Virus record (IMG/VR): IMGVR_UViG_3300032243_001145 | Coordinates: 51,320-115,319 of that record | Length of the DNA stretch: 64,000 bases | Reading direction: 5' to 3' (one strand) | DNA from: a virus | Lineage: Duplodnaviria; Caudoviricetes | In this document: one piece after another, positions 49,441 to 58,683 of the stretch | Layout: each line of letters starts with the position of its first letter | How positions within the stretch are numbered: position 1 is the first letter of the stretch | Notes under the pieces: model-generated | What the model was told of the DNA's origin: nothing | The model's database searches: none | The model's input: the letters and a program-made list of their open reading frames with translations, nothing else | Position numbers and translations under genes: made by a program

Positions 49441-49653
49441 ATGCAGGAAGACCTGAATAAAGAATCTAATGACCTAGAAGATAATCTTCCAATGGTTACG
49501 TATATTATGCTACATAGAATTTATGATCTACTTTCTTTAATATCAAATAAAGTTGTTGGCGGAGATGACACTCAAAAAGTTATTGAATATCATTCAGAAG
49601 GTTATTTATTAGGACCAATGCCTTCTTTTAAACCTGGAGAAGAAAATGATTGA
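49441..49653 (+). CDS. Hypothetical protein
   Basis: ORF; start likely MQEDLN. Confidence 0.55.
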   Translation: MQEDLNKESNDLEDNLPMVTYIMLHRIYDLLSLISNKVVGGDDTQKVIEYHSEGYLLGPMPSFKPGEEND

Positions 49654-49849
49654 TGAATTAAAAAAAAGAAATATATTAAAAGATATGCATGAAGTATTTA
49701 ATACTGTTAATTTAGAATTAGCTCAAAAAAATGGGTTTTCTATTGAAGAAGCAACAATTTATGTAGATAACTCAAAAGATTCAACATTTTGGATATTGTC
49801 TAAAGTTCTTGAATCAATGGTAAAAAAAGATTATATAAAATTTGATTGA
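49646..49849 (+). CDS. Hypothetical protein
   Basis: 67-aa ORF overlapping the previous one. Confidence 0.5.
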   Translation: MIDELKKRNILKDMHEVFNTVNLELAQKNGFSIEEATIYVDNSKDSTFWILSKVLESMVKKDYIKFD

Positions 49850-49880
49850 CTGCTTTAAGCAAATAATGTATACTTAATAT

Positions 49881-49941
49881 TCAGGTTGAGTTATGCTCCC
49901 TGTAAGCCCCTAGTTGGATCCGCCTCCGACTAGGGGTTTTA
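49881..49941 (+). ncRNA. Candidate ~60-nt small RNA
   Basis: TTGACT-17-TATACT promoter (49846-49874), two hairpins, U-tract, no ORF. Confidence 0.45.
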
Positions 49942-49977
49942 ATATATTTATTGTGATACAATAATAGTATTGTTACT

Positions 49978-50832
49978 ATGGAGGAAAAAATGTATTTTTA
50001 TGACCGACCAGAATGTATAAGATTATCTGACTATACAGACGCTTATGGAACTCCAAGCGGCATTTTTTTGTTTAAAAAATTTATTCCAGAAGAGCTTATG
50101 CTAGACATGGAAAAAGAGTTAGAGCAAAAGAAAAATGAAGATTTTAAATACAAAGGAACTTTAATAAGTTGGTATACAGATAAAGTTAGCCCTCGTCCAA
50201 CTAGACTTCATGAACTTTGGGAAATGATAAGTGAGTTGTTATATCCTCAATATGTCATTCATCCTTCTCAAAGTGTTCTTACAATTAGACCTGGCGATGG
50301 AGGCATGTTTTGTCACTCAGACAGTCCTGGAAAAGGACAATGCCATTTACTTTCGCAAGATGATAAGTATGACACTTGCTGTGTAATTGATTACGGTCTT
50401 GTTGCATATTTTGGAAATTTTGAAGGCGGATCTATATATTACCCAAGTATTGGAAAAGATGCTAAGCCAAAAGAATCTAATTTTAATGATGAATGTTTTG
50501 AGTACACACCAAAAAGAGGTGATTTGATAATTCACAGCGCTTTTGATCCTTATGGTCATGGAGTAAGAGAAGTTGAATCTGGAATAAGGTATGCATTTTC
50601 AAATTTTGTTTTAAAAGCAGAAGACAACCCAGGAACTTTTTACAATTATAAAACTGAAGAGTACTACAAACAAATTGGCAATAAAACTCCAGAAGAACAA
50701 GACAAATGGATGATTCCTTTAAAATCAAATCCTATGTTTACAAAAGAAAGAATTAAAATGATGCAGGAGTCTGGATTAGAAGGTCAAGAGCTTGCAAAAG
50801 CTTTTAATGCTAACTTTAAAAAAGAAAAATAA
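49978..50832 (+). CDS. Fe(II)/2OG dioxygenase
   Basis: HSD...YFGNFEGG...HGV...RY. Confidence 0.8.
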   Translation: MEEKMYFYDRPECIRLSDYTDAYGTPSGIFLFKKFIPEELMLDMEKELEQKKNEDFKYKGTLISWYTDKVSPRPTRLHELWEMISELLYPQYVIHPSQSVLTIRPGDGGMFCHSDSPGKGQCHLLSQDDKYDTCCVIDYGLVAYFGNFEGGSIYYPSIGKDAKPKESNFNDECFEYTPKRGDLIIHSAFDPYGHGVREVESGIRYAFSNFVLKAEDNPGTFYNYKTEEYYKQIGNKTPEEQDKWMIPLKSNPMFTKERIKMMQESGLEGQELAKAFNANFKKEK

Positions 50833-50950
50833 AATGCCTAGAGATCATTTTTCAAAAATGTTTTTTTCTCCATATTTTCAAACAGATTATTATAAAAAAG
50901 AAACACCTGGTGGAAGAATGGAACAAAAAATAAATTATCTTTACAACAAA

Positions 50951-51229
50951 TTAAAAGATAAAGTGTTTAAGAATCGTTGTAACAGCTAAACAACACCAAA
51001 TTATATTAAATATAATAATTGTTGGTAAAGTTTTTTTTGTTGATGTCCAAACAAGAGATGTGCTGGAAAGTAATGCAAATATATAAAGCCACCACCATTG
51101 TTTTTCAAAAAGAAGTCCTGGAACAATAATAATAACTTTAATCATAAATGATATAAACTCTATAAAATTAACTTTATTCCAGTAAAATCTAGAAAACATC
51201 TGCGATAAAACATACTTAATGTTATTCAT
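50951..51229 (-). CDS. Small membrane protein
   Basis: 92 aa with three hydrophobic segments. Confidence 0.6.
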   Translation of the reverse strand: MNNIKYVLSQMFSRFYWNKVNFIEFISFMIKVIIIVPGLLFEKQWWWLYIFALLSSTSLVWTSTKKTLPTIIIFNIIWCCLAVTTILKHFIF

Positions 51230-52727
51230 TAAATCCTCCGTTTAATTTTAAAAATTTATAATGACTTATCATTTTTTTTGCAAAATCTTTTTTTAAATTT
51301 AAATTATAATTTATATCATTTAAATTATTTTTAATATTTTTATTATAAAAATCAATTAAACCATTTTTATTAAGTATACCATTACCTTGAGCTACAACAT
51401 AGTAACTAAAATCTGGCCATAGGTTATCATTTACATCTAATGGTTTAAATTTGTTTATTAAATTTAAAATTGAAGATAAAGAAGAGGGCATTTCGTTATT
51501 TTTTGTAAAATTTTTCCAAAAATTTGTATTTGTTTTATTTGTAATGTAATGCAAATATATAAAATCTCTTATTGAATCTGAGTCATCATAAGTTTTTTTA
51601 TTAATTAAATCTACAAAACCTCCTGGATTGAATACGTCAACATTTTTAGCAAAAATTCTATCAAGTGTGGATGCTGTTTGCTGTAGTGAAGTTGCTTCTA
51701 AGGGCTCAACAAAACCTGCAGAAAGACCGACTGCTACACAATTACCAACCCAAATTTTTTCAAAATGCCCTGGGTCAAAATGAAACTCTTTAATAAATTC
51801 AACTTCTCCATATTTATCAATTATTTCTTTTCTTACAGATTCATTTGAAACAAATCTTGAATCATAAACATAACCGCATCCATATCTATGCTGTAATGGT
51901 ATCTTCCATATCCAACCAAAATCTGTTGCTGTTGATTCTGTATATGGCTCTATATTTTCAGGATCTGACATTTTTAAAAAAAATGCTTGAGCTGAATTAG
52001 CTGGCAATGATTTTGAATAACTTATCCAATTTTGATTTAAAGTTTTTCCTATAAAATATCTAGAAAAACCAGTGGCATCAATTATAAAATCTGTGTTTAA
52101 AATTTCATTATTTTCAAGGTATATTGTTTTTACAGTATTAAAATCTAAATCTGAATTAATAACTTTTGAATCTATATAAACAATTTCTCTTTCTAAAGCT
52201 TTCTTTTTTAAAAATTTTGCAAGTTCTCTAGCATCAAAATGTACAGCATGAGAGCTATAGTTTTCAAAAATATCATTTTCATGAGTAAAAGGAACAAGAT
52301 TACTTTCTGACATCATTGTTGAAAAACAGTGATGTATGTCTTTTATATCTTTTGAATAAGAAAAAAGTTTTATATATGGAAAACTTTTAATTTCAAAATT
52401 ATTTGGCTTTAAACCTGGTATCGATTTTTTTGCTCCGCTTAAATCAAATCCGTGATAATAGTAGTCTCCATCATTTGACCAGTTAACAAATTTAATTCCA
52501 TTTTTTATTGTTGATTTTGTATTTGATATTAATTCTTTTAATGATATATCAATATTTTCAAATAAATCAAGAACCATTGGAACTGTACCTTCTCCAGCGC
52601 CAATTATTCCTAGCTTTACGCTTTCAATAACTACAACATTATCGTTTGGGTATCTTTTTTTAGCAAATAGTGCAGATAGCCAACCTGCAGTGCCTCCGCC
52701 TACAACAACAATGTTACGTTTATTCAT
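51222..52727 (-). CDS. Flavin-dependent (tryptophan-type) halogenase
   Basis: GGGTAG FAD motif, 'IGAGEGT', catalytic-Lys segment 'STIKNGIKFVNW', WIWKIP motif, 'GFVEPLEAT'. Confidence 0.88.
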   Translation of the reverse strand: MNKRNIVVVGGGTAGWLSALFAKKRYPNDNVVVIESVKLGIIGAGEGTVPMVLDLFENIDISLKELISNTKSTIKNGIKFVNWSNDGDYYYHGFDLSGAKKSIPGLKPNNFEIKSFPYIKLFSYSKDIKDIHHCFSTMMSESNLVPFTHENDIFENYSSHAVHFDARELAKFLKKKALEREIVYIDSKVINSDLDFNTVKTIYLENNEILNTDFIIDATGFSRYFIGKTLNQNWISYSKSLPANSAQAFFLKMSDPENIEPYTESTATDFGWIWKIPLQHRYGCGYVYDSRFVSNESVRKEIIDKYGEVEFIKEFHFDPGHFEKIWVGNCVAVGLSAGFVEPLEATSLQQTASTLDRIFAKNVDVFNPGGFVDLINKKTYDDSDSIRDFIYLHYITNKTNTNFWKNFTKNNEMPSSLSSILNLINKFKPLDVNDNLWPDFSYYVVAQGNGILNKNGLIDFYNKNIKNNLNDINYNLNLKKDFAKKMISHYKFLKLNGGFNE

Positions 52728-52811
52728 TATTAAATTGTATCATGTATACATATTGGACAAATAGTGCGAAAGTGAAAAAATTGAAGTGCGGCGGCGGTAG
52801 AAGAACATATT

Positions 52812-53081
52812 TTAAAATTTAGCATCATACAAAGGATCTCCACTATATTTGTATATTAGATTCATTAACAATAAACACTTTGTATGGCTTTCTAAGTACC
52901 ATATGTCACATACCCCTGAACTTGCATTCAAACATTGCTCTAATCGGCTCTTAAGGCTTTCTATGACCCATTCTAGCGAAGACCTAGCCATAAGATTGTT
53001 AGCTTCAAAGTAATTATTTTCTCTATATCTAACATCGGCTAAATATTTCGCTAGTTTGTCCGATTCGTCCTTATTTACCAA
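52812..53081 (-). CDS. Hypothetical protein
   Basis: 89-aa ORF. Confidence 0.5.
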   Translation of the reverse strand: MVNKDESDKLAKYLADVRYRENNYFEANNLMARSSLEWVIESLKSRLEQCLNASSGVCDIWYLESHTKCLLLMNLIYKYSGDPLYDAKF

Positions 53082-53138
53082 AATAGACCAATTGTTATAT
53101 ATAGACCTATAAATACTAAGCTGAAGATCTGTATGGCT

Positions 53139-53288
53139 TTATAGACTGAAGAGTTCATTGTCAATATCTTCATTTAGGTCAAAATCAAAGATTTCTTTTT
53201 GTCCCGCCCATTTTAAAAATTTAGACAATGCAACTCCTGAAAGGATTGTTATCGCAATTGTACTTACTAATGCCCATATCTTTTTCAT
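53139..53288 (-). CDS. Small membrane protein
   Basis: MKKIWALVSTIAITILSGVALSKFLKW...; AGGAG RBS; 49 aa, read manually. Confidence 0.55.
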   Translation of the reverse strand: MKKIWALVSTIAITILSGVALSKFLKWAGQKEIFDFDLNEDIDNELFSL

Positions 53289-53403
53289 ATAACTCCTAGT
53301 TGACTGAGATTAATAGTGCTACTATTATAATAATTAATGTTATTCCAAGAAATTTAATTTTTTTATGTTTTGGCCATTCATCAGGTACTATTACATTATT
53401 CAT

Positions 53404-54036
53404 TTAAATCTCATATCCAAACGTTTCAAATTCCCATGCCCACTCTTCAGCAATCATTTTCATCTGCTCTGGAGAGAATACGTCTTTTGGAGTAACATTT
53501 TTTGGTCTATGAGCTTTTTGATATACATTTAAGTCTAAATGTAATCCTTTAGGATTTAGTATCTTATTGAGTCCTGGTTCAATTCCATCTTCATATTTAA
53601 TAACATGTTTTACTTGAATTTCTCCATCTTTAGAATATATATCTCTGGTGCTTCTTAACCAACCTCGCCAATTTTCTCTTAAAGTATTATCAAAATATTT
53701 ATTTACAAAATCATTTTTATTTCCTGTTAAATAATTTTGCATATTATTTGTATACTCTAATTGCAGAAAAAAATCTGATAGAACTGAGTCATATGGATTT
53801 CTAACAACAACACATGTATCTACATTTTCTAAATCAATATTTTCAGACACTTCTGAATAAAGTGAATGATTGTAAAAACCATCAAAATTTCTTGGATTAT
53901 GTTTTTCATCTATTGGATTTACTGGAGTTACAATTGCATTATCATCCATTATTTGAGATAAACAAATTTCAGTTGAAGATCCACCAACTTTTTTATTTTT
54001 AAAATACATAAAATTATATTTTTTTGAATATATCAT
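53404..54036 (-). CDS. Sulfotransferase-family protein
   Basis: 'YFKNKKVGGSS' and 'VRNPYDSVLS' motifs; GGAGG RBS. Confidence 0.7.
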   Translation of the reverse strand: MIYSKKYNFMYFKNKKVGGSSTEICLSQIMDDNAIVTPVNPIDEKHNPRNFDGFYNHSLYSEVSENIDLENVDTCVVVRNPYDSVLSDFFLQLEYTNNMQNYLTGNKNDFVNKYFDNTLRENWRGWLRSTRDIYSKDGEIQVKHVIKYEDGIEPGLNKILNPKGLHLDLNVYQKAHRPKNVTPKDVFSPEQMKMIAEEWAWEFETFGYEI

Positions 54037-54048
54037 TTAATCCTCCAG

Positions 54049-54123
54049 TAGGGATACTGGGATTTGAACCCAGAATCTATTGTATATAAGACAAGTGCTT
54101 TAACCAGATTAAGCTATATCCCC
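54049..54123 (-). tRNA. trnI: tRNA-Ile (anticodon UAU)
   Basis: GGGGATA/TATCCCT acceptor stem, TAGCTTAATCTGGTTAAAGC D-arm, anticodon loop CT-TAT-AT, GGTTCAAATCC T-arm; CCA not encoded. Confidence 0.85.
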
Positions 54124-54129
54124 TTGGGA

Positions 54130-54249
54130 CTAGCGTATTCGGTTTCCCGCCACTAATTTTTCTATGCAATTTGTGCAAAAACTTTCAAGTATGCCTTTAG
54201 CGTTAATACGCTCTACATACTTTGGGTTTTCGCAAAAGTCACATTTCAT
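54130..54249 (-). CDS. Small CxxC...CxxC zinc-binding protein
   Basis: MKCDFCENPK...FCTNCIEK, 39 aa, read manually. Confidence 0.5.
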   Translation of the reverse strand: MKCDFCENPKYVERINAKGILESFCTNCIEKLVAGNRIR

Positions 54250-54256
54250 AAATCTA

Positions 54257-54865
54257 TTATATCATATTTTTAGTTGAGTGCAATATTTCTAAATACAACT
54301 CACAAGCTTCTTTGTATAATGTTTCTTTTTCTATCAAGTTTTCTATAAATATTCTATTTTTTGTTTTTTTACTAGGTACACGATTTTTATTGTCAAATTG
54401 CATCATTTTTTTTAATATAAAATCTTCATTGCTAGAAAAACTTATATCTTCATGTAATGTTAAATTAAATTTATTTACAATTTTATTTAAAGATTCTTTT
54501 TGATTATTAAAAAAATAATCAAATGAAATAATGTATAAATTTGATTTTGATTTACTTTTTTTTAAAAAATCAATATAAAAATTAATATAGATAGAAATTA
54601 ATCCTTTAATTGCATTAATATCAAAATCATTAAAAACAAGATTTTCTGGAATTGAGTCACTTCTTTTTTCTTTTGAATATCTAAAAACAGCAGAAGAAAT
54701 ACAATCTTTTGGATTTCTTAGTATAAATATATGATTTTGATTTTCTAATACATCTTCTATATTATGAGAGTATACAGTTACATAATCATAAACATTTTCT
54801 GTTAAAAATTCTTTCATATAGCTATTACCAGAACCTTGTGGAGAACTTATATATACTTTTTTCAT
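54257..54865 (-). CDS. Sulfotransferase-like P-loop protein
   Basis: 'SSPQGSGNSY' and 'ILRNPKDCISS'. Confidence 0.6.
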   Translation of the reverse strand: MKKVYISSPQGSGNSYMKEFLTENVYDYVTVYSHNIEDVLENQNHIFILRNPKDCISSAVFRYSKEKRSDSIPENLVFNDFDINAIKGLISIYINFYIDFLKKSKSKSNLYIISFDYFFNNQKESLNKIVNKFNLTLHEDISFSSNEDFILKKMMQFDNKNRVPSKKTKNRIFIENLIEKETLYKEACELYLEILHSTKNMI

Positions 54866-55540
54866 TTATAGATTATTTAATATTTCATAAGATTTTAACA
54901 TAAACAAATTATATACTTTTCCCATATATTCTCTTTTTAATGTGTCTGTCGGATGTAATCTATCTGTAGGAACATAATCATTTGTAAATTCTTCTATGCC
55001 AATTGCATTTTTTATTTCTTGTTGAATTATTGGTTTATTAATATTTTTTTCTTTAGCATACTTGTTTAACGTTTCACAAAATATAAAATTTTGTTTTGAT
55101 CTTTCTTTATAAGAATATGGTTCAATTTGATTTTTATATTTTTCATTTAATTCAACAAATTGTGGTAAAGGCTCAATTATTTGAATAATTGAATTTGGAA
55201 AATATTCTATTAAAGAATCAATATATTTTTTTGCACATTCTTCTGCATTATTATATTTTGATAGATATTGTCTTGAGTCTACATATCCTAGCCAAGCTAG
55301 TATAAGACCATCATCTTTTATATCTCTCCACTTTGTAATAAGTTTATCTTTTACATGTATTGCTGGTAGTTCTACACCTGATGATTTTTGATTTAAAATT
55401 TTTAATTCTTTTGGATTAAAATTCCAAGCATTTTCCCCAGCTTTTCCCCAAAATTTTATTTCAAAATTACAATTATTTGGATCCCAATGTTCTGAAATTC
55501 TTGAAGTATGACAATCGCCAATCATATATACAGGTTTCAT
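54866..55540 (-). CDS. SGNH/GDSL-like hydrolase
   Basis: N-terminal 'IGDCH', 'LGYVD' and C-terminal 'DRLHP' (DxxH). Confidence 0.5.
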   Translation of the reverse strand: MKPVYMIGDCHTSRISEHWDPNNCNFEIKFWGKAGENAWNFNPKELKILNQKSSGVELPAIHVKDKLITKWRDIKDDGLILAWLGYVDSRQYLSKYNNAEECAKKYIDSLIEYFPNSIIQIIEPLPQFVELNEKYKNQIEPYSYKERSKQNFIFCETLNKYAKEKNINKPIIQQEIKNAIGIEEFTNDYVPTDRLHPTDTLKREYMGKVYNLFMLKSYEILNNL

Positions 55541-55662
55541 ATTTATATTATACTATTCATTTGATCTTAGGTCTTAGGTCTTATATATAATATATTTAAA
55601 TATTATTGATTTACTGACCCCCCGACCCCCCTAAAAAAAGTATACTATTTTTATTTTCAATG

Positions 55663-56226
55663 TCAAGGCTTGTTGTAAAAATTTTTATTATTTACTTCTT
55701 CCGCTAACATATAATGTTTATCTAGATGAGATCTAAATGCAAGCCCACCACGTACTGAAAGAGATTTTGCTTCATGCCATACCCTACATTTCATGTACAA
55801 AAGATCTCCTGGGCCAAGCACAATTGTTTCTTCAGTACCATCAAATACAGGTTTTTCTTCTTGATGATTGAACTCTAAAAACTTCCATTCAGTTTCTCCA
55901 AAACAGTTCCAGTGCACAACATCTGTTCCGTCATTATGTATTGGAGATTTTCCTAGCTCTTGACCATATGAAACAACATTTGAAAAATGTTCTGGATTGC
56001 CGCCATAAACTTCTTCTATTAAATCATATACAATATTTTCCCAATTATTAAAATAATGATAATTTTCCCTTAAAACAAAAGGCATTGCAGCATGACCTTG
56101 TTTTGGAAAATCTTGAAAATATTTTTTAAAAACTTCAGCAGTAGGGGCTCCAGGTACATTTTTTAATACAGCCCAAGATTTCCCTTGTAGCTTAGAATTT
56201 AAAACATGATCATTTACTATTTTCAT
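55663..56226 (-). CDS. Cupin/JmjC-like oxygenase
   Basis: HND...W...LGPGDLLY...WHE. Confidence 0.7.
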   Translation of the reverse strand: MKIVNDHVLNSKLQGKSWAVLKNVPGAPTAEVFKKYFQDFPKQGHAAMPFVLRENYHYFNNWENIVYDLIEEVYGGNPEHFSNVVSYGQELGKSPIHNDGTDVVHWNCFGETEWKFLEFNHQEEKPVFDGTEETIVLGPGDLLYMKCRVWHEAKSLSVRGGLAFRSHLDKHYMLAEEVNNKNFYNKP

Positions 56227-56773
56227 AATTAATCATATCTTCTGTTTCATTTTTATAAAAAGTATCTGTAAAAGATCTAAAAATTAAACTTCCTCTTTTT
56301 GTTAAAGGAGTTGTTTCATGCAACGTCATTCCTTTAATGTATATAACTTGATTTGGTTCAAGGGTTACTTCAAATACTTTATCTTTATATTCTTCTCTTG
56401 TTTCGTTATGTGAAGCTTTAAGTTTCCATTTAACATATCCAAAACAATTATAATGAATTACATCTGGCCTGTCATCATGTAGTTTAGCAGCAACACCAGA
56501 AATTATCTCTTCCCCTAAATTGTGTATAAGTGTGCACATTACATCTGGGTTATTGCCATAAAATTTTATTAATTCTGAAACAGTCGTTCCCCATGTAGAA
56601 AAATATTTATAGTCATCCATAGAAAGCGTCATTCTAAAATGTCTTTGATTAACTTCATTTAAATATTTTTTAAAATTATTTTCGTTTGGTGGTGTGTCAA
56701 ATGCTTTGTCTAATACGGAAAATGGCAAATCTTTGCTTTTTGCATCTATAACATGAGCAACAATTTTATCCAT
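56210..56773 (-). CDS. Cupin/JmjC-like oxygenase (paralog of the adjacent gene)
   Basis: HDD...W...LEPNQVIY...HE; leaderless start MDKIV 6 nt after TGGTATAAT. Confidence 0.7.
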   Translation of the reverse strand: MDKIVAHVIDAKSKDLPFSVLDKAFDTPPNENNFKKYLNEVNQRHFRMTLSMDDYKYFSTWGTTVSELIKFYGNNPDVMCTLIHNLGEEIISGVAAKLHDDRPDVIHYNCFGYVKWKLKASHNETREEYKDKVFEVTLEPNQVIYIKGMTLHETTPLTKRGSLIFRSFTDTFYKNETEDMINYENSK

Positions 56774-57046
56774 AAAACAATTATACCAGTTAACATTTTT
56801 GATCAACTAGAATTTCAAATTTAAAAAAATGTTAATATATTTTTTTCTTGTACGATACACACCTAAAAACAAAACGGACATTTAGGATAGACCGCCCATG
56901 TTAAGCGTAAATGTGATGTATCTCACACAGATTTAGAAAGATTTATTTCGACACGCCCGAGAATAAGGGTCTAAATGTCAGTCCCCCCTGCTATGATTAA
57001 AGTATAAAGAAAGTAAGAAACTCTTACTAAAGAAAGGAGTCAGATA

Positions 57047-57202
57047 ATGACTCAACTAACTGAAACACTATACAGCACTATTGTGCACGATTTCCACAAT
57101 GGTGGAGTAAAGTCCTCTTATGGACTAGATACTTATACACGCAAGGCTCTACTTCGTGCCTTGCTATCCTCTAAGGGTTGTGAGTGTATTAACTGCCTGT
57201 GA
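57047..57202 (+). CDS. Small hypothetical protein (C-terminal CxCxxC)
   Basis: 51 aa; AAAGGAG RBS; first gene after promoter 1. Confidence 0.6.
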   Translation: MTQLTETLYSTIVHDFHNGGVKSSYGLDTYTRKALLRALLSSKGCECINCL

Positions 57203-57307
57203 GGTATCTCACACGCTAACCCTCCACCTCTACGGCGTGTCGTGTTGATAATGTCAGCCCGATACGCTACAATTTCAACTATAACAAACTAACGAAAGAA
57301 GAAACAA

Positions 57308-57493
57308 ATGTCATACGCATACAATACACGCACTAACACTAAGTCTAAGTGGGATACTATCCAAGAAGATGTAGCAGACGCATACGCATACCTAGATGAA
57401 GAGGTAGATGTAGAAGATGAAGAACTAGAAGATGTAGAACTAACAGATGAGCAAGTAGACGCACTACTAGCAGAAATGGAAGAGGTGGCGTAA
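57308..57493 (+). CDS. Highly acidic small protein (possible DNA mimic)
   Basis: 21 D/E versus 3 K/R in 61 aa. Confidence 0.65.
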   Translation: MSYAYNTRTNTKSKWDTIQEDVADAYAYLDEEVDVEDEELEDVELTDEQVDALLAEMEEVA

Positions 57494-58251
57494 TGACTAT
57501 CACATACTCACTGTGGGACGGCGCTCAACTACTAGGCGTTGATTTCAAGGCTACTAGCGCCGATGAAATGAATAAGACAGTAACCGAATTACAAAAGGTT
57601 TCTAAAAATGTAGTAGCACACCTACGAAAGGTTGAAATGTAATGACACTAGAACTAAATGGATACGGAATAGAACTAGATACTAACTGGTGCTATGTAGC
57701 ACTAAACTGGAAATTACTAATTATAGGTTGGTCTATTGCGTTAGGTGTTATTATTTATAAGAGAAAGAAGCGTAAGTAAATGGATACAATGCGTCAATGG
57801 GAGCCGTCACTAACTAAAGAAGAATGCAATAATAAAGAATTGGGAAAGTGTTATTGTGGGGAGTGTGAGTAATGACTACTAATCGCCTACTAACTACCGC
57901 CGTTCAATTATTACTAGCAGGCGTGTCTATTGTGTGTATCCGCCTTATGTGGTATGATTTTAAGCAAGACCTAAAGAATAGAGGCTAAATAATGGAAATA
58001 CTAGTAAACTGGGTATCTGCAACACTAACTATTGCCGTGTTGATTTGGGCTTGGAAGAAATCGAGTAAAGGCTAATGAAATTACTAATAACGCTTATACT
58101 AATTAGCGCACTAGTTACAACACTAGTAGCGTATAGCAATAGCAAGCCAAGCAATACAACAGTAACAAATGAAACAGTTTATTTAGAAAGAGAACACCCA
58201 AGCGATTACCGCAATACACCGCCTAACGATTTTCCAAAGGACATACAATGA
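57493..58251 (+). CDS. Chain of six translationally coupled microproteins (27-58 aa, four with hydrophobic segments)
   Basis: ORFs 57493-57642, 57642-57779, 57780-57872, 57872-57988, 57992-58075 and 58075-58251, mostly joined by TAATG overlaps; read manually. Confidence 0.55.
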
Positions 58252-58442
58252 AATCACAATTTGAAAAAGATTTAGAAATAAAAGAAAGCTTTATAGATTT
58301 ACTAAATGATACTTATCCTAATGTAAAAATCGGCTACTCTACATTTACACCCGCCGAAATACTAGAGTGCTGTGATCCAGTAGCGTTTGCTATTGGGCTA
58401 GTAGAGCATGAGGATTATCTAACGGAATTAAAAGAAGAATAA
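58248..58442 (+). CDS. Hypothetical protein
   Basis: 64-aa acidic ORF with AAGGA RBS. Confidence 0.6.
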   Translation: MKSQFEKDLEIKESFIDLLNDTYPNVKIGYSTFTPAEILECCDPVAFAIGLVEHEDYLTELKEE

Positions 58443-58478
58443 CGGCGTGTCGGCTTGACAAAGTCAAGCTGGCCCGCA
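58440..58478 (+). repeat. 39-bp direct repeat, copy 1 (copy 2 at 61090-61128), with GCTTGAC-AAA-GTCAAGC palindrome
   Basis: TAACGGCGTGTCGGCTTGACAAAGTCAAGCTGGCCCGCA is identical in both places and begins at a stop codon. Confidence 0.9.
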
Positions 58479-58683
58479 AAGGCACGGGGTCGGGCGTGTC
58501 GTTACGATACTGTTATAAAAGCCCTGAACTTTCGGGCGTGTCGTGTGAGATTTATCACATAGCCCGTGTGATGTTTATCACATAGCTCACGCTCCACATA
58601 ATGAGACAACCCCTTGCATAAATTGAAAATGTCAGTCCGTTCGTGTATAATTCCAAATATAACAACAACGAAAGGCGGACACC

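Noticed and set aside
58501-58516. MtrA/GlnR-like GTTAC-N6-GTTAT direct repeat
   Set aside because: Single imperfect instance; not distinguishable from chance without more copies.
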